This document shows, piece after piece, positions 51,430 through 59,700 of a DNA stretch of 64,000 nt. Location of the stretch: positions 1,698 to 65,697 of IMG/VR virus record IMGVR_UViG_3300045988_099661, one strand, 5' to 3'. The DNA comes from a virus. The notes below the pieces were generated by a model. The model saw only the letters and a list, made by a program, of their open reading frames with translations, did no database searches and was not told the DNA's origin. Positions within the stretch are counted from its first letter, which is position 1; each line of letters starts with the position of its first letter. Position numbers and translations under genes: made by a program.

Positions 51430-51454
51430 ATAGGTAATTAGGGAGGTGCGTTAA

Positions 51455-51892
51455 ATGACAATAGGTGGAGCTTTAAAAACGCTTAGAAAAGCTCATGGCT
51501 TTACACAAGCGGAAGTCGCTTCTGCGCTGAACTTGTCTAGGACGAGCTACACAAAATATGAGAATGACGTTCATATGCCAAACGCAGAGCAAATTCAACT
51601 AATAGCGAATCTGTTTGGAGTGTCGCCAGCAGAGATATTGACACCAATCCAATCCGACGGTACCAAAACCATAAAACTTCCAAAACTAACAAAACCTACG
51701 CTAAGAAGCGACCATGAGAAGCTTCTTGGCGTTTACGATAGCCTTGATGAGCAGTCGAAAACTCAGCTTATGTCTGTTGCTTACTTGCTTATGTCCCAAA
51801 GCCTCAAGGCACAAGGCATTGATGTGCAAGAGATGGTAGAGCAGCAGCTCCATAAAATTAAAGATGAAGGAGGCGAAAACAATGACGACTGA
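51455..51892 (+). CDS. CI-like XRE HTH repressor, 145 aa
   Basis: LRKAHGFTQAEVASALNLSRTSYTKYENDVHMPNAEQIQLIANLFGVSPAEIL. It is on the same strand as, and upstream of, the integrase gene. Confidence 0.8.
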   Translation: MTIGGALKTLRKAHGFTQAEVASALNLSRTSYTKYENDVHMPNAEQIQLIANLFGVSPAEILTPIQSDGTKTIKLPKLTKPTLRSDHEKLLGVYDSLDEQSKTQLMSVAYLLMSQSLKAQGIDVQEMVEQQLHKIKDEGGENNDD

Positions 51893-52013
51893 CGAAGAAC
51901 TGCATCAAAAGGCTATTGCTCACGAATTGTTTTGTGAACTGTCCTCGAAATCAAGAATGGTAGCTATCGGTATTTTACGGCTACTGTTGGTCGAGGAAAC
52001 GCGCCCTTTTTGA
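51882..52013 (+). CDS. Small ORF coupled to the repressor, 43 aa (not in the track)
   Basis: The ATG overlaps the repressor's 3' end and GGAGG lies 9 nt upstream. The protein is MTTDEELHQKAIAHELFCELSSKSRMVAIGILRLLLVEETRPF. Confidence 0.35.
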   Translation: MTTDEELHQKAIAHELFCELSSKSRMVAIGILRLLLVEETRPF

Positions 52014-52190
52014 CTGTCTACTCACCCGACGGTAGCCGACGTGAGCAAAAGCCAAATGATGACAATCCGCAATAAAAAAAGACCGCGCTCCGTAGTGGAG
52101 AACGGTCGAAACTTTTTAGTTGTTGAAGAGAACTGCTATGAATACACGTGTCCGCCTCAAACTGACCAGAGGTCGAACCAAATGGCAGAA

Positions 52191-52225
52191 AAACAAAAAG
52201 ACCTCCGTGTACCGGAGGTCTTTTT
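52191..52225. terminator. Bidirectional intrinsic terminator between the repressor operon and int
   Basis: GACCTCCG-TGTAC-CGGAGGTC flanked by an A-run and TTTTT. Confidence 0.8.
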
Positions 52226-52365
52226 GCACTAGCAAATTCAGAAAGGAAGGGTAAATGAACCGTAAAACGGAACACTCTAGAAGTAAACCGAACTTCTAAT
52301 ATCATTATAGCAGAAATGTTTTCGACTTAACAAGTGAGTGTTTTGTAAAGAAAGGGTGAAAATCT

Positions 52366-53508
52366 ATGCCTAAATACGGAGAGGGTTCTGTTTATTTTGA
52401 AACCTCAAGGAACAAATGGCACGCTTCCGTCGTCGACCAGCAAGGGCGCAGGACGCACAAAAGGTTTAACACGAAAGAAGAAGCGAACGCTTGGCGCTTG
52501 AGCACGACGGCGAAATATATCAAAGGCGATTATGTTGCGAAGAGCAACATAACTCTCGGCACATGGGTTTTGCAGTACCTCGGCGTGTTCGCCAAGCCTA
52601 AAGTGAGAGAAAAGACATTCCTGGACTACGCCAATACCGCTGCGCATATCAACGAAGAATTGGCGGATGTAGAACTGCAAAAGCTAACGCCCCTAGCGGT
52701 TCAAGCCTATATTAACACCGCAGAAATGACAGAGGGCATGAAGGATAGAGTGGTAAAGCTGCTTTGCCGTGCGTCTAAAAAAGCTATTGCGACAGGGCTT
52801 ATAGAGAAAGACTTCATGGCAGGCGTGGAAGTGCTCAAGCCAGAACCTAAAGAGGTCGAGATATTCTCTCCCGAAGAGCTGAGTATAATCATGAAAACCA
52901 TTGACAGCGACGCAAGACTTCGTAGGCATCATCTGCTCGTTTCCGTTGCTATCGCTTCCGGCTGTCGCATGGGAGAGATATTAGCCCTAACACCGCAGGA
53001 TTTAGACGGAGATGCCATAAAAATCAACAAGAGTTTAGTAGAGGTCAAGGGCGTAGCAAAGCTTCAGCCGCCAAAGACGAGGGCAGGGTATAGGCGAATC
53101 CCTTTGCCGAAGAATATAATGGCGGAGCTTTATCAAGCAGCATATGCTCTCGAAAGCGGTGAAATCATTAAGAATGCCAACGGCAAGCCATGCCTGTCTA
53201 CAAACATTGACAAGTCGTGGAAGCGAATTTTAAATAAGGCTGGAATTCCATACAGGAAATTCCATTGCCTGCGCCATACTCATGCGTCAATGCTGCTTGC
53301 TGCCGGTGTGCCTATATTGGAAGTTTCCAAGCGTCTTGGGCACTCTCGCCCTAGCCACACATTGAATCTCTACGGGCACGCCATCCCCGGCTACGACAGC
53401 CAGATGCCTTCACTTGTAGAAAAAGTTTTCAACATAGGAAATTGCAACAAAGAAACCATTTCTGCCGTATCTTGTCCCGTTTTACCCCAGACTACCCAAA
53501 AAAGTTGA
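52366..53508 (+). CDS. int: Tyrosine recombinase/integrase
   Basis: The C-terminal catalytic region reads RMGEILAL...HCLRHTHASMLLAAGVPILEVSKRLGHSRPSHTLNLYGH (R..H-x-x-R..Y). Confidence 0.95.
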   Translation: MPKYGEGSVYFETSRNKWHASVVDQQGRRTHKRFNTKEEANAWRLSTTAKYIKGDYVAKSNITLGTWVLQYLGVFAKPKVREKTFLDYANTAAHINEELADVELQKLTPLAVQAYINTAEMTEGMKDRVVKLLCRASKKAIATGLIEKDFMAGVEVLKPEPKEVEIFSPEELSIIMKTIDSDARLRRHHLLVSVAIASGCRMGEILALTPQDLDGDAIKINKSLVEVKGVAKLQPPKTRAGYRRIPLPKNIMAELYQAAYALESGEIIKNANGKPCLSTNIDKSWKRILNKAGIPYRKFHCLRHTHASMLLAAGVPILEVSKRLGHSRPSHTLNLYGHAIPGYDSQMPSLVEKVFNIGNCNKETISAVSCPVLPQTTQKS

Positions 53509-53542
53509 ACCAAACTGCAACCAAAACGCTACCTACTGATTA
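53505..53542. promoter_or_regulatory. Arm-type repeat set, int-proximal (TTGAACCA + TGCAACCAAA), plus a 12-mer copy of the core (ACCTACTGATTA)
   Basis: TTGAACCAAACTGCAACCAAAA lies at 53505-53526. ACCTACTGATTA at 53531-53542 repeats 53624-53635. Confidence 0.55.
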
Positions 53543-53594
53543 ATTTTTGGACAAAAGAAAACGCCCAGAAATACCATTCCAGGCGGGTTTTCAA

Positions 53595-53640
53595 TGGAGC
53601 TACTGACAAGGTTTGAACTTGCGACCTACTGATTACGAAT
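53595..53640 (-). other. attP core: 3' 46 nt of a tRNA-Thr(CGU) (anticodon loop to CCA), not a complete tRNA
   Basis: The reverse complement is ATTCGTAATCAGTAGGTCGCAAGTTCAAACCTTGTCAGTAGCTCCA. It contains the loop TTCGTAA, the T arm GCAAG/TTCAAAC/CTTGT, the acceptor 3' strand and CCA. The sequence 5' of it cannot form the D arm or the anticodon 5' stem. Confidence 0.8.
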
Positions 53641-53769
53641 AAGATGTAATAAATACTTCCTATTCAGCAAAACCCCTATGCATCAAGGCTTTCAAGGTTT
53701 TTGAGAGCCTTGATTTATTTGTCTTACTTTCCCTAATTTACCCCAATTTGTCTTATTTTTTCATACTGG

Positions 53770-53825
53770 TTGCAACCAAACTTGAACCACTAAGCAGCCT
53801 AGTTTGTGTATTTACTAGGCTGCTT
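53770..53825. promoter_or_regulatory. Arm-type repeat set, distal (TGCAACCAAA + TTGAACCA), followed by an 11-bp-stem hairpin
   Basis: TTGCAACCAAACTTGAACCA lies at 53770-53789. The hairpin is AAGCAGCCTAG...CTAGGCTGCTT at 53792-53825. Confidence 0.5.
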
Positions 53826-53845
53826 TTATAGTGGTTTATTTACTT

Positions 53846-54301
53846 TTATTCTTTTGCCCTCATACCTGCTATCCACAGGTCAAGAACCTTGCTTTCCGCA
53901 GCGTCGGGGTCGCACATGTACGCCTTGGCCATCCTCACATAGTTACTTACGTCACTGCCAAGAATTTCTACAAAATCGCTATGTAACATATTCATGACAT
54001 AATAGAAGTCGCCTTTGCATTCGATGCCGTTCTGCCCAGCAAGCTGGCTGGTCTGCTCATACGTCCAATGACCACCGTGCGTGCCGTCTACGTTCTTCAT
54101 CTTAGAGACTGCCATCTTAGCCAGTTCTTCGTCAAAATGAGGACCGTAGGCGATTTTGTGCAGCTCATAAGCTGTGTTCCAGAAAATATCCGGGCAATGC
54201 CAGCGTAACTTTTCCAGTGCCTCGCAAGCCACCTCTTCCATCTTGAGTATCTTCGCTTCGTCATGCTCGACGTGCTGCCAATACTTTTTTAGCTTGTGCA
54301 T
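53846..54301 (-). CDS. Hypothetical protein adjacent to attP, 151 aa (moron position)
   Basis: ORF with GGAGGTAAG upstream. It is the last gene before att. No motif recognised. Confidence 0.6.
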   Translation of the reverse strand: MHKLKKYWQHVEHDEAKILKMEEVACEALEKLRWHCPDIFWNTAYELHKIAYGPHFDEELAKMAVSKMKNVDGTHGGHWTYEQTSQLAGQNGIECKGDFYYVMNMLHSDFVEILGSDVSNYVRMAKAYMCDPDAAESKVLDLWIAGMRAKE

Positions 54302-54666
54302 GATACTTACCTCCTACGCCAGACGAACAACGCTCAAGGAAGCGTTGCTGATAGTGCCTGCCGCCGTAGCCTGCACCTGCAGCTCCGAGTTGTTGTTAAT
54401 TACGCAACAACTCGGCAGAACGCGAATCAGCGTAGCAAAGGAAATATTATAAGTATCGCCTGTTGCATCTGCGGTGCAGCTCCCACATAAGGATTCGGTG
54501 TGTATTGTTGTCCGTACATTGTTATCACCTCACACTTATATTTTGCGATATTTTTGTGAAATCGTTCTATCAACATTCCCTCATCATTCAGACATTTATT
54601 TTGTATTTGACGCATAAAAAATAAGCCCCTTAAGCATACGATACAACGTCGTATACTCAAGGGGCT

Positions 54667-54912
54667 TCATTTTATCCTAGATTTCAAAACACGTAAAACA
54701 GACTCATATGCAGCAGCAATATCACGCTCAACAGTCTTGTCGGAAATATTCATTTCCATACCAATCTGGTAATTCATAAGCCCATCGACAAATCGCTTCT
54801 CGCAGATAACGTGTTGCCGAGGGCTGACTTTTGCTTCGTGCAGAACGGCGTAAAACTCTTCTCGCGTCGAATTATGCAGCCAGTCCCTTGCACGCTTTTT
54901 GAAATCATCCAT
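54667..54912 (-). CDS. Stand-alone sigma-70 region-4-like HTH protein, 81 aa
   Basis: VSPRQHVICEKRFVDGLMNYQIGMEMNISDKTVERDIAAAYESVLRVL parallels the ECF sigma r4 pattern (LsprqrevfxLrxxeGlsxxEIAxxLgiSxgTVksrl). Confidence 0.55.
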   Translation of the reverse strand: MDDFKKRARDWLHNSTREEFYAVLHEAKVSPRQHVICEKRFVDGLMNYQIGMEMNISDKTVERDIAAAYESVLRVLKSRIK

Positions 54913-54913
54913 A

Positions 54914-55351
54914 TTATGTTGCGATTGCCACCGCTAAAGCGCCGCCTAGCAATACCCATGCTATGTTGCGCTGTGTCTTAATTATCCGTTGCTGCCTTTT
55001 TACCTCTTTCTCGTACAGTTCTAGTGAGTCGTTGGCAGTCTGCAATAGCAGTTCGCTGCTGCTCGATTGTTGCTTCAATGCTGTCAGCTCTGCTTGCAGC
55101 TTCTCGGTTTGCAGCCTCGCTTCGTTCAATGCTGCTTGCGACTTCGCCAGCTCTGCTTTCAGCACTCTGCAATCCCTCGCTAATTTGATGTTGCTGCTCG
55201 CGAGCTGCTCCAATCTCGTGTCTAACAGTGTCAGCTCCGACTCCGTTATCGTGTACTCTGCTTCCTGCGAAGAAGTAGACGCCTGCACAGATAACGGCAG
55301 CGCCAGCAATAAGCATAATCCAATGGCTTTTAATAAATTCTTTAGTTTCAT
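54914..55351 (-). CDS. Secreted/membrane coiled-coil protein of the lysis cassette (signal peptide, coiled coil, C-terminal TM), 145 aa
   Basis: MKLKNLLKAIGLCLLLALPLSVQAS..., heptad-like LEQLASSNIKLARDCRVLKAELAKSQAALNEARLQTEKLQAELTALKQQ, and the C-terminus IAWVLLGGALAVAIAT. The stop abuts the next start. The alternative-frame ORF 54978-55355 overlaps it entirely. Confidence 0.55.
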   Translation of the reverse strand: MKLKNLLKAIGLCLLLALPLSVQASTSSQEAEYTITESELTLLDTRLEQLASSNIKLARDCRVLKAELAKSQAALNEARLQTEKLQAELTALKQQSSSSELLLQTANDSLELYEKEVKRQQRIIKTQRNIAWVLLGGALAVAIAT

Positions 55352-55408
55352 TCATTGTTTACCTCATGAGATATAGCTGGGGACAAATTGTCCCCAACTA
55401 CTAGTAAA

Positions 55409-55519
55409 TTATAAACCGAAATAGTGATGCAGTGCTCCTAACGCAAAGCCCAGCACAAGTCCAGCCAGAAATTTTTTATCAGTGACATACTCTACAAATT
55501 TGTCAAGTTTCTCCATCAT
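55409..55519 (-). CDS. Small single-TM peptide, 36 aa (not in the track)
   Basis: The protein is MMEKLDKFVEYVTDKKFLAGLVLGFALGALHHYFGL. GAGGTGAATAGACG lies upstream, directly after the endolysin gene. Confidence 0.4.
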   Translation of the reverse strand: MMEKLDKFVEYVTDKKFLAGLVLGFALGALHHYFGL

Positions 55520-55539
55520 CGTCTATTCACCTCACTTTC

Positions 55540-56064
55540 TCAATGCAGTCTATACCATTCAGCGTTGCCGCGAATGGTCTGCATCTTTTCATAAAGCTTT
55601 CTACCAGGACAAGCAGTCGCCATAAGGTCTCTGTGCCCTACCACGACGTTTTTTGCCGCCGTCAGGTTGTAGATATTGCACAGCTCGCCAATGAGCGCAG
55701 AGAGGCTGTTAAGCTGCTCTGGCGTGGGGCGTGCAATCTCGAAGTTACCACACACATGGATGCCGATTGTATCTCGGTTGCGTCCGTAAGCGTGCGCTCC
55801 CACGGCCCATCTAGGTCTGCCTCGCTCGATTGTGCCGTCCTTGCGGATGACATAATGGTAGCCGATGCCAGCCCAGCCTTGCGCCTTATGAGAGGCGTGA
55901 ATCTCCGCCGCCGACAGGTCATCGTCCGTCGGATTGCCTGTATGATGCACCACAATCATATTGGTGCTCTGACGCTCATTTAAGCCGTCAAAATCAAGGT
56001 GTGTTTCTTTAACAATTACCTTCGCCGTTTTCATCACGCTCCTTGTCGTCTTTTTTGTCCTCAA
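55540..56064 (-). CDS. Endolysin: N-acetylmuramoyl-L-alanine amidase (Amidase_2/PGRP type), 174 aa, with no recognisable wall-binding domain
   Basis: MIVVHHTGNPTDDDLSAAEIHASHKAQGWAGIGYHYVIRKDGTIERGRPRWAVGAHAYGRNRDTIGIHVCGNFE. Confidence 0.9.
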   Translation of the reverse strand: MRTKKTTRSVMKTAKVIVKETHLDFDGLNERQSTNMIVVHHTGNPTDDDLSAAEIHASHKAQGWAGIGYHYVIRKDGTIERGRPRWAVGAHAYGRNRDTIGIHVCGNFEIARPTPEQLNSLSALIGELCNIYNLTAAKNVVVGHRDLMATACPGRKLYEKMQTIRGNAEWYRLH

Positions 56065-56356
56065 ATTTGTCGGGAACGCCGTTGCCGTTTACGTCGACAA
56101 AGCAGCCTGCAATGAAGGTCACAAAACCTATCATAGCAGGACCAATCATCTCTTGGATTACCGCCAGCAAGTCGCCCATCACAATCTTGCCGTAGTAGGC
56201 CTGCCAGCACCACGCACCGTAGTATGTCAGCACCAGCAGTACAACTAAAGCAAAATAGGACACTATCATCCATTTGATAGGCGACTGCATATCATTAATC
56301 CTGTTCTTGGCTATATCTAAATATTTCCCGACATAGCCTTTAATCTTGTTCCACAT
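56009..56356 (-). CDS. Holin-like membrane protein, 115 aa
   Basis: Two hydrophobic segments (WMIVSYFALVVLLVLTYYGAWCW and MIGPAMIGFVTFIAGCFV) and a charged C-terminus. It overlaps the endolysin start. Confidence 0.6.
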   Translation of the reverse strand: MWNKIKGYVGKYLDIAKNRINDMQSPIKWMIVSYFALVVLLVLTYYGAWCWQAYYGKIVMGDLLAVIQEMIGPAMIGFVTFIAGCFVDVNGNGVPDKFEDKKDDKERDENGEGNC

Positions 56357-56359
56357 AAG

Positions 56360-56647
56360 CTATTCACCGCCTTTACTGCCGCCGCAGTGACAGCATTTAC
56401 GCAGTTCGTCCAGCTCTTCTTTAAGCTCTTTGTAGCGGTGCCAAAGGCTGTCAAGCTGCTGGTCTACCTTGCCCTGCTCGATACGCATTTCGTTGATAAG
56501 CCCTGCCAGTTCCTTTAGCGCATTTGTATTGTTATCAATGCTTTGGTGCAAGGATTGACTATCCTGCCTGTGCATATATACAACGATACATACCGCTGCC
56601 AGCGCAGGGCCGCTCACAATCATACTAAGAACCTCTTCTAATCCCAT
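56360..56647 (-). CDS. Lysis-associated membrane/coiled-coil protein, 95 aa
   Basis: N-terminal TM segment (MIVSGPALAAVCIVVYM), then a coiled coil. The architecture is XhlA-like. Confidence 0.45.
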   Translation of the reverse strand: MGLEEVLSMIVSGPALAAVCIVVYMHRQDSQSLHQSIDNNTNALKELAGLINEMRIEQGKVDQQLDSLWHRYKELKEELDELRKCCHCGGSKGGE

Positions 56648-56663
56648 AGTTACCTCTTATAGA

Positions 56664-56720
56664 AAAAATTAAAGTATAGTTACGGAATTTCGACCATTTT
56701 CCGCAACTATACTTTTTTAT
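56664..56720 (-). terminator. Strong intrinsic terminator between the giant gene and the lysis cassette
   Basis: The long stem AAAGTATAGTTACGG...CCGCAACTATACTTT is followed on the minus strand by AATTTTTTC. Confidence 0.7.
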
Positions 56721-56755
56721 ATTTACCGTGACGGTTGCCACGGCTCCCCGACTAA

Positions 56756-59700
56756 TTAGTCATCATCAAGCAGCGGATTGCCCGCAAACTCTTTCTTTTG
56801 TTTTTTGTTCAAGGTTTGCTTCATGCGCTCGCTAGTGCTCATCTGCATATCTTTGACAGCCTTTCTAAGCTGTGAGCCTGTAACGCCAGCCTTACGCAGC
56901 TTAGTGAGTTCCTCGTCCGTCAGTTTGATGCCATCGGCGCGTTTCCTTGCAGCTTCCATGAGCAGTTTCTGGCGAGCGTCTTTGCTTCTCTGCTTATCTG
57001 TGTAGAGCGCAGAGGTCATATCTGCTTCCACGCTTTGCCCAACAGGTCTAAAGCCCATAGATTTAAGGTATCGTTCTGTGCCTTTATACTTGTAAGACAC
57101 CTGCCCCTTGCTGTTAGTGCTATAACCTCTCACTGCTTCGGCAATATTGCCAAGAGCAGGGTTTAAAGCCTTTGTCGCTTTAATATAATCGCCGGACGCA
57201 GCACTGTTAATGCCGTTCCACGCCACGCTTCCAGCAGGGCCAAGAGCATAGCCCAGCAGCGAATCGCTATCCGGGAACATTCCGCCCATGCCCACGCGAC
57301 GTGAAATGTCAATTCCGAGGTTCGAGAAAATGCCATAGATAATTGTTCTAGTCACTGGGGTGTCTCCCATGTGTTTAAACAATTCCTCTTTCAAAACAGT
57401 TGACGGTTTATAGCCTAACCATTTTTCGAGAAGTTCGTCCAGCCAGTCGCCGCCCGGTAAGCCAGCGAAGCCTGCCATCAGAAAATACGTTGCCCAGAAA
57501 CGAGCCTTTTGCGCTTTCGTGCCTTTGCCGAAGTATGGGATAAGTGAACGCATCAGCTCCCATTCTTTCATGGGGTATTTTTGGAACAGCAGAGCCAAAT
57601 CGCCGAACACCGTGCCGCTAATCATCTGGTTTACGCCCGGAGCATCAGCAGCGCCGTAGTCGAAGTTGGCTTCGCGGTTTATCTTTTTCGCGTAAGCAAT
57701 AGCCTGTTTATGCGTCATGCCTTCGTCGATGGCTTGATAATAAGCGCCGAGAGTGGTTACTTTTCTCGTAATCTCGTCTGCTTTCTTGAAAAGGAACATG
57801 CCTTTTTCGCCAGCCGCATTGACGTAATCCTTAATCTGCTGGAATGAGCTTTCTTTTCGTCCCTCAATAGCATTTCTGCGTTTGGAGAAACCGCTCGGAG
57901 TATCAAGTCCAATGTTATAAGGTACGCCTGCTTCGGCAAGGATTTTTCTATCCGTCATGTTCATGCGTTTTGCCGCCTGCATACCAGTACCGGTATAACT
58001 GCCAATCAAACCATAAGTATTTACGAGCTGTGTTACACCTACGAGAGCGGATGAAATATTGAGGCAGCCAAGCAGGTTCTTACTCAAAAAGCCATTGATT
58101 CTGCTCGCCAACGCAACACCGAGTCTATCGCCGTACTCTGCGTTAACATGCTTTACAATCCAGTCATTTTTAGCAAGTGTAGTGTTTATAACTTGCTCCA
58201 GATAATTCGGCGTGCCATTGTTGTAGCGCATATAGCGTTTAATGATATTAGCCATGGCTTCTTTACCGCCATACTCTTTGTCGAATCGTCCGAAGGTTCT
58301 CTCAAACAGCTTAGTTGCCTTGCTCTTGGCTGGCTGCAACGCGCAGTAACGGGACGACGACAGCAAGTATCTGTCAATCGTCGTAATAACGTCGGAGTTA
58401 TAGCCTACCCTGCCTTTTCTATGTGCAAGGTTGCCGAAGAATCTGTTACGAGCCGTGCGGCTCACAGCTCCCTCCAGCACCTTGCGTGCTTCGGGCACGC
58501 TCATTTTTGCATTGTCTACGAGCGCTCGTTGCAAGCGGATATATTCAGCGTCGCTGACAACCAGCGAGCCTTTGCCGCCTTTTGCGTCCTCGCCGCCACC
58601 AAGTACATTGTTAGCGTCGAACAGTTTCGGCGCAATCTGGAAGTCGATTTTGTCACCGCCGTTCTTTTGTAGCATCTCCGCAACCTTATAGGCTTCTTTT
58701 AATGTTTTGCCGCTGCCGACAGGGACAAGTCCCTCTTCCGTCCTGGCCAGCACCATCCACTGCTCGTAAAGGTGCGGCAAGTAGCCGGTAATCTTACCGA
58801 TTGGCGGCACTGTGCGTTTCACCTTTGCTTCAAAATACGTTGCGCCATCTTCTCCGCCGATGTGCTTCTGCACAATGTTTGTAACCTGCGCATAAGGGCT
58901 GTTTTGCAATTCTTTGAGCTGCTCTGCGGTGAGCTGTTCTTTCGCTGCGCTAGTATAAACCTTCGGCTTGTCATAGCGCACTTCATACTCGCCGCCAGAA
59001 GCGACGTTGACTTCTTTAAGCAGCTTCCATTTTGTAAATTCTTCACCGTTAGCCTGCCATTTGACTGCAACTTGAATGTTCTCCAAGAACGGCTCTTTTG
59101 CGAGCTTCTTGAGTTCGTTGCCACTGACGGTTTCGTGAATATGTTCCAGCCCCCTGTGAGCGTCGTTGACAGCCTCCCAGACGTTGCGGATAAGCTGACG
59201 GGTACGAGAATATGCGTTGCGTACATTTTTGTTGTAGCCAGCGTCCTTGAGCTGTTGCAAAGTGTATTCTTTTTGCTCCATCTCGCCTGTCATCATAAGT
59301 TCGACAAAGTTATTCATATCCTCTGCTGATTTCAGCTCGGTGATAGAAGTTTGGAACTGCTTGCGCCATCTAGCACGAAGTTTCTCCTGTGTCTCCTGTG
59401 CCTTGCTATAAATCTTGTAGAAGCTGTTGAAAACTGGGTTCTTCTCCGCTAAACGGCTTGGACTACGCACGAGCATGTCGGCAATCCCGGCAGCCTTGTC
59501 TTTCGCGGCCTGTGCCATAGTCTTATGCTTAACAGTGATTTCGCCAGCCTCTGCTCCTGCTTTGTCGGCAAATTTATTCGCTTCTTCAAGCACCGCTTTC
59601 AAGTCGTCCGGCAAGGCTTTGCCGTTTACTTCGTCGACTGGAGTAAGCTTAAAGTGCATCTCGCCGTTGGGCTGCTCTTCGGGAGAATAAGAATCATCCG

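Noticed and set aside
52018-52305. ORFs 52018-52305 (-) and 52041-52232 (+) between the repressor operon and int
   Set aside because: Both run straight through two terminator hairpins, including a strong bidirectional one. They have no SD and the products look implausible.
53595-53640. A complete tRNA gene, or a prophage/host junction
   Set aside because: Only the 3' 46 nt fold as tRNA, and the upstream sequence cannot form the D arm or the anticodon 5' stem. Phage genes flank both sides, so this is an attP core, not a host tRNA or attL/attR.
55270-55351. A lipoprotein (o-spanin-type) signal in ORF 54914-55351
   Set aside because: The Cys context AIGLC has Leu at position -1 and so does not fit the [LVI][ASTVI][GAS]C lipobox. 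A signal-peptidase-I site after VQA is more likely.
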